From: Podarcis muralis
Taxonomy: Eukaryota
Assembly: GCF_964188315.1 (NCBI RefSeq)
Contig: NC_135669.1
Span: 42,408,001 to 42,472,000 of the forward strand
Direction of reading: 5' to 3'
Length of the DNA stretch: 64,000 bases
Shown one piece after another: positions 59,141-64,000 of the stretch (positions within the stretch are counted from its first letter, which is position 1; each line of letters starts with the position of its first letter). Position numbers and translations under genes: made by a program. The notes under the pieces were generated by a model. It did not search any database, had not been told where the DNA came from, and worked only from the letters and a program-made list of their open reading frames with translations.

Positions 59141-59492
59141 CATCCATTCAAATTAAAGGAGGCAAGAAGAGTTAGGGTTGGAAAGGAGCAGCAAAATAGC
59201 TGATTTTTCTACACACACATTCAGGCCCATTTTCCATCCCCAGCATTTTTTTAAAAAGCCGGGGAAGAAAAGAGGTGGGATGGGCTAAAATGCCCCCCTC
59301 ACCCTCTTTTTCCTGAATGAAAAAGACAGGTCTTCCACTATGCATTTCAGGGAGATTATAGTATGTTTTTAATATATCAACAATTTAATAAATTATTACA
59401 TTTTTCTTTTAATACATCAAAACCCATTTTCCTTAGCTTTTGACACTCGACGTGCCTGCTTTGAGAACCCACTCTACTTTTGTGAAGGTGAG

Positions 59493-59563
59493 CAGTGCTT
59501 TTTTCCTGGAGGTACTCGGGGGTACGCAGTACGGGAACCTTTTTTCCTAGAAGAAAAGCACTG
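59493..59563. mobile_element. Tiny hAT-like MITE
   Basis: TIR cagtgctttt / aaaagcactg; degenerate 8-bp TSD (aaggtgag / actgtgag). Confidence 0.5.
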
Positions 59564-59956
59564 ACTGTGAGCTGTTTTAAACTCCTTTTAGCGCTGTTTT
59601 AATCGTTGCAACCCGCCCTGGGCCCTCAGGGTGAAGGGCGGGCAACAAATCGCCACCAACGAGCGTGACGTTTGTTATTACTGCATTAACACATTATTCC
59701 TATCCAGAGCAGATGGGTTTTATTTTAAATCCGGATTTAAATCCAACGGTTCTTCCATTAGAATTGCATACCGCTTGTGGCTGTTTTTGCCCCAAAGCGG
59801 TTTACAAAACGATTAAGAGCAACGTTAATCACTGTAGCAAATCCTTGGTTTTCCCACTCCCCGCCCCCAGCCCCAAAGAGGAGAATAAAACTGGGGGGAA
59901 GGCTGGGTTTTGGGGGGTCCCACACCGGGGGGGGGCAGGGCGTCTCCCCCACTCAC

Positions 59957-59995
59957 CACCACGGCCGTGACCGGCTGACCGGGGATGTAGGCCAT
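59957..59995 (-). CDS. TAX1BP3: TAX1BP3 exon 1 (MAYIPGQPVTAVV)
   Basis: Matches the TIP-1 N-terminus; donor gtgagt; spliced CDS 375 bp = 124 aa plus stop. Confidence 0.95.
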
Positions 59996-60269
59996 GGCCC
60001 CCGCTGGCCTGGCCTCCCCGCCTCGGGCGCCGCGCCTCACTCGCTCGCCTCCCACGGAACAAAAGGCGAAGAGCGGCCCGATCCGACCCAGGCGGGACAC
60101 GAACACGCCCCCTCGGGGGATGGACACGCCCACGGCCACGCCCTCGCCGCCCGCTCGCCCCGCCCCGTGTCGCTCACGCGCCCGCCGCGGCGCCGGAGGC
60201 GGAGGCGGCACACCCCCCTTGCCCGGCGCCGCTCTCGCCATGGGCCACGCCCCCTCCGCCGCGGCCGGG

Positions 60270-60612
60270 CCACGCCACGCCCCTCCAACGGTCGCCACGC
60301 CCCTCTTCGCGCGCACATACTCGCCCTCGCGACCTCCTTTGGACACGCCCCCTCCCGCGCCCGGGCCACGCCCCTTCCAACTGCCGCTACTCGTGGCCAC
60401 GCCCCCGCGCACGGCAACGTCTCTTCGCCTACCAGGAGACCACGCCCCTCTCCTCCAACGGTCGCCACGCCCTTCTTCGTGCGCACATACTTGCCCTCGC
60501 GACCTCGTTTGGCCACGCCCTCCCGCGTCCGGGCCACGCCCCTCCCAACTGCCGCTACTCGTGACCACGCCCCCGCTACCGGCAGCGTCTCTCCGCCTAC
60601 CAAGAGGCCACG
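60270..60612. repeat. 170-bp tandem duplication (2 copies) in the TAX1BP3 promoter
   Basis: tccaacggtcgccacg at 60284 and 60454; the alignment extends over the whole unit. Confidence 0.88.
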
Positions 60613-61579
60613 CCCACTCCCCTCAGCCCGCTCCCTCGCTCTCCTCACCTGACCACGCAACTCCTCTCAGTTCCTTTCACTAGACTGTTATTTTAACTGT
60701 CTGGGGTTTTTTTTTTAAATGAACCCACGACAAAGTGCTCCAAACAACTCTCCACAACAACCTTGTGAGGTAGGATAGTAACTGGCACAAGGCCACCCAA
60801 TCAGCTTTCAGCGCTGAAACTTACACGCCAAATTCAGACCGGAAATCCGGTCTACGAAGAAGCGGTCGCTCTAGCTCGTATCATATCTATGGTATCCAAA
60901 GGCGTCTTTAAGGATTTCGACGGACGTTACCGGAAATGGGGCGTGAAGACGCCGGAAGTGTGGCATAAAGAAGCCGGAAGTTTCAAACAAACCCGGAAAT
61001 TCCAAATAAGGCACGCGAAAATATCCCGGTGGCCAAGTCCCGTGGGGCTCATGTGAGAAGCGGGGCGGAGTCACGCCGCGGCGCGCTGAAGGTGACGTCA
61101 CCCGTGCTCCCAGCATCCTTTCTGCTGTAAGATGGCGGCGCCTACCCACTTCCGGTAAAGCCGGTTGGAAGGGAAAGACTTTTTCGGTCGGCATTAGAGA
61201 AGGGAAAAAGGCGACCCAAAACTGGTAAGCAGGATTCTTGGTGTGCGCGGGGAGGAGGGGGCGGCGGTCCTCTTTCTCGGAACCGAATGGGTCACTCATG
61301 GCGTTTATTTCAGACATCATGGCAGAGGACCCTGACGCCATAACCCGGGGCTCTGACGTCATCCCGGAGCGGGACAGAGGCGGGCTTCCAGTGGAGGGGG
61401 ACGAAATGGAGTTGTGCTGAAGGAGGCTTGTGGGATGGCGTCAGCGTTGTTTGGCTTGCAATAATCAATCATGATCATGCTTTGCGGGAGACAGAATCCA
61501 GTCTATGCTTCAAGGCTGTCCGCATGTGTGGAAGGATCACTGCCTAGTTCCCCACACAACTGTTTGGACGTTGTAGAAC

Positions 61580-61870
61580 TATACAAAGTTGTGCCTCTCC
61601 AGGGTTTCAGGCTGAGAAACATTCCCCATCTTTGCTTGGAGTTACTGGATATGAAGGCTTTGCAAAGCAGGTTCTCTGTCCCTGAGCTGCAGCCTTTCCC
61701 CTGACAAATAAAGCAAGTTTCCAGTCATCATGGTTCTGATTAAAGGGCTTATATAAACTGCCTTACAGTTTATGGCTTACTGGTGGCTGCCCTCTAGGGT
61801 TTCAGAGAGGGGACTTTTCTGGCCATCCTGGCAGGGGTTGAACCTGCCATTGAGCTACAGCCCCTTCCAA
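61580..61870 (-). mobile_element. Degenerate tRNA-SINE dimer with the same linker
   Basis: tttccagtcatcatggttctgatt at about 61718-61741. Confidence 0.55.
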
Positions 61871-61949
61871 AGGAACAGGGAAAGCTACCTCATGCCATAT
61901 TTGTCTGTTCAGTCCAGGTACTGGGAACCTGGTGCTAACAGCAACAACA

Positions 61950-62310
61950 ACTTATTTATACTCTGCCAATCTGGCTGGGTTTCCCCAGCCACTCTGGCAG
62001 CTTCCAGCAAAATATTAAAAAATACAATCAAACATTAAAAACTTCCCTAAACAGGGCTGCCTTCAGATGTTTTCTAAAAGTCAGATATCTCACTCCACAG
62101 GGCGGGTGCCACCACCGAGAAGGCCCTTTGCCTGGTTCCCTGTAACCTCACATCTTGCAGTGAGGGAACCGCCAGAAGGCCCTCCTCGGAGTTGGACCTC
62201 AGTGTTCGGGCTGAATGATGGGGGTGGAGACGCTCTTTCAGGTCTACTGGGCTGAGGCCGCTTAGGGCTTTAAAGGTTAGCACCAACACTTGGAATTGTG
62301 CTTGGAAACG
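61950..62310 (-). mobile_element. L2-clade LINE 3' fragment
   Basis: FKALSGL..LKERL..RAFSVVAPALW. Confidence 0.8.
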
Positions 62311-62891
62311 TACTGATTTTGTTGGACTCCAGCTCCCTGCAGCAAGCATGGCCATGAATTATGGGCATTGTAGTTCAACAATGTCTAGAAGGTCATGTGT
62401 CCTCCCACCCCTGATCAGGCCATTATTGTTTATTCTGTCTTGCATTGGTTCTCCAGAAGTTCAACCATGGGTCTTCCCCATCATCAGCTACCTGATCCTT
62501 TTAACAGGAGGACTAAACCTGGGACCTTCTGCAGGCAAAGCACATGTCCTTCCCTTATCGTTTGTGCTTACATTTCTAAGAGGGCAGAGAACCTAGGAGG
62601 TTTAGGAGAGGAATGAGAAGCACTCTCAGTCAGTTATGATGAACCAGTGGTTTGTGATTTGCAGCCAGAACCTCATAGCTGACAATATGGTTTTGTTTTA
62701 ATTCAGGGAGCGAAAGGGCAATCTTGCCTATACAGAGCTGTTTTGTGGTATGAATGTAATAGTAGTATCCATCTGCCTTGAGAGACAATGGAGTGTGCCT
62801 CTGGGGGTGAAGCCAAACTGCTGCATGGTACCGCCTGGTGTTTCCTGACTAATCAATATTTCCTGCTCTTCTTTACACAGGAGTGCAGTAA

Positions 62892-63260
<369 letters not shown>

Positions 63261-63816
63261 GGGAGGGCGGAAGAGGAGAAGCGCCGAGTTAGAACGGTTC
63301 TCGTGGAGTGACAGGACTTCGGGGGAAATGATCACCTTGTCTCCTAGGCCAGACGTCTGGGGCTGTTGATCCGTTGCTTGTGCTGCTTAACCCTGCCAGT
63401 AACTTCTGTCGGGAAACGAGCCTGTAAAACCCTGCCAATTAAACAAAATGTGAAATCCCTAAGAAGGTGTGATGAGAAAATAGTGCTCCTTCTATGCCTT
63501 TCTTTCAGTCACGGTTTTATTGTATTGTATTTGTTCATTTGAGTTCATGTGGCCTTCAAAACCTGTTTGTCTGGCCGTCAGAACTCTCCTCTGGCCGTAC
63601 GCTTTCTCCAGCTGCACTCCTTACTGGGCCTGTTTCACACCCTCCTTTAGTGTTTTCATCTGGCTGGGAATGTGTCCTTGAACTCTGATCGTGCCTTTGC
63701 TTGCCTGGATGGAGAGAGGTGTGGGTGTAGAAAACTAGCTCGCTCCCTGCAGAAAGGCAAAATTAAATGCATTGCTCCATCCACTTTCCCTTTTGGCTCC
63801 ACCTACCACCAACCTA

Positions 63817-64000
63817 GGGACGTGGGTGGCGCTGTGGGTTAAACCACAGAGCCTAGGGCATGCCGATCAGAAGGTCGGTGGTTCGAATCCCTGCAACAGG
63901 GTGAGCTCCCGTTGCTCGGTCCCTGCTCCTGCCAACCTAGCAGTTCGAAAGCATGTCAAAGTGCAAGTAGATAAATAGGTACCGCTCTGGCGGGAAGGTA
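63817..64000 (+). mobile_element. Sauria SINE, cut by the window edge
   Basis: gggacgtgggtggcgctgtgggttaaacc head. Confidence 0.9.

Larger units (their letters stand above)
59900..61400. promoter_or_regulatory. CpG-island bidirectional promoter of TAX1BP3 and EMC6
   Basis: CpG-rich; many CCACGCCC (KLF/SP) boxes in 60100-60615; ETS-type CCGGAAGT at 60952 and 60974; CRE TGACGTCA at 61093 and 61354; YY1-like AAGATGGCGG near 61129; candidate EMC6 UTR donors (gtaaag near 61155, gtaagc near 61226). Confidence 0.85.

Noticed and set aside
59777-60683. 200-290 aa Pro/Arg/Gly-rich ORFs
   Set aside because: GC-rich CpG-island artefacts; only the 13-codon TAX1BP3 exon 1 is supported

Overview
This is vertebrate genomic DNA, not prokaryotic. 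The Sauria/Squam-type SINE content points to a squamate, probably a lacertid lizard (inference). It holds the conserved amniote cluster TRPV1(-, 5' part only; the gene runs off the left edge) - SHPK(-, 7 coding exons, 465 aa) - CTNS(+, 10 coding exons, 368 aa) - TAX1BP3(-, 4 exons, 124 aa) - EMC6(+, single coding exon, 111 aa). All exons were rebuilt by hand from GT-AG junctions with consistent phases. SHPK/CTNS and TAX1BP3/EMC6 each share a CpG-island bidirectional promoter. The most striking accessory feature is a 6.7-kb ERV-like LTR element (24227-30918). It has two apparently identical 686-bp LTRs, a 4-bp TSD, a tRNA-Arg-like PBS carrying a 4-nt duplication, a PPT, and no gag/pol/env ORF. 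It sits in the inferred 5'-UTR intron of SHPK, about 250 bp from the shared SHPK/CTNS promoter. Other oddities include a Tigger-like MITE inflated to 2.7 kb by a 60-bp minisatellite with higher-order structure, a tRNA-SINE dimer with a conserved linker recurring at five loci, several nested or templated TE insertions, and a cystinosin C-tail lacking the canonical GYDQL. No rRNA, true tRNA gene or CRISPR array was found. No database searches were run; family names come from recalled consensus features.
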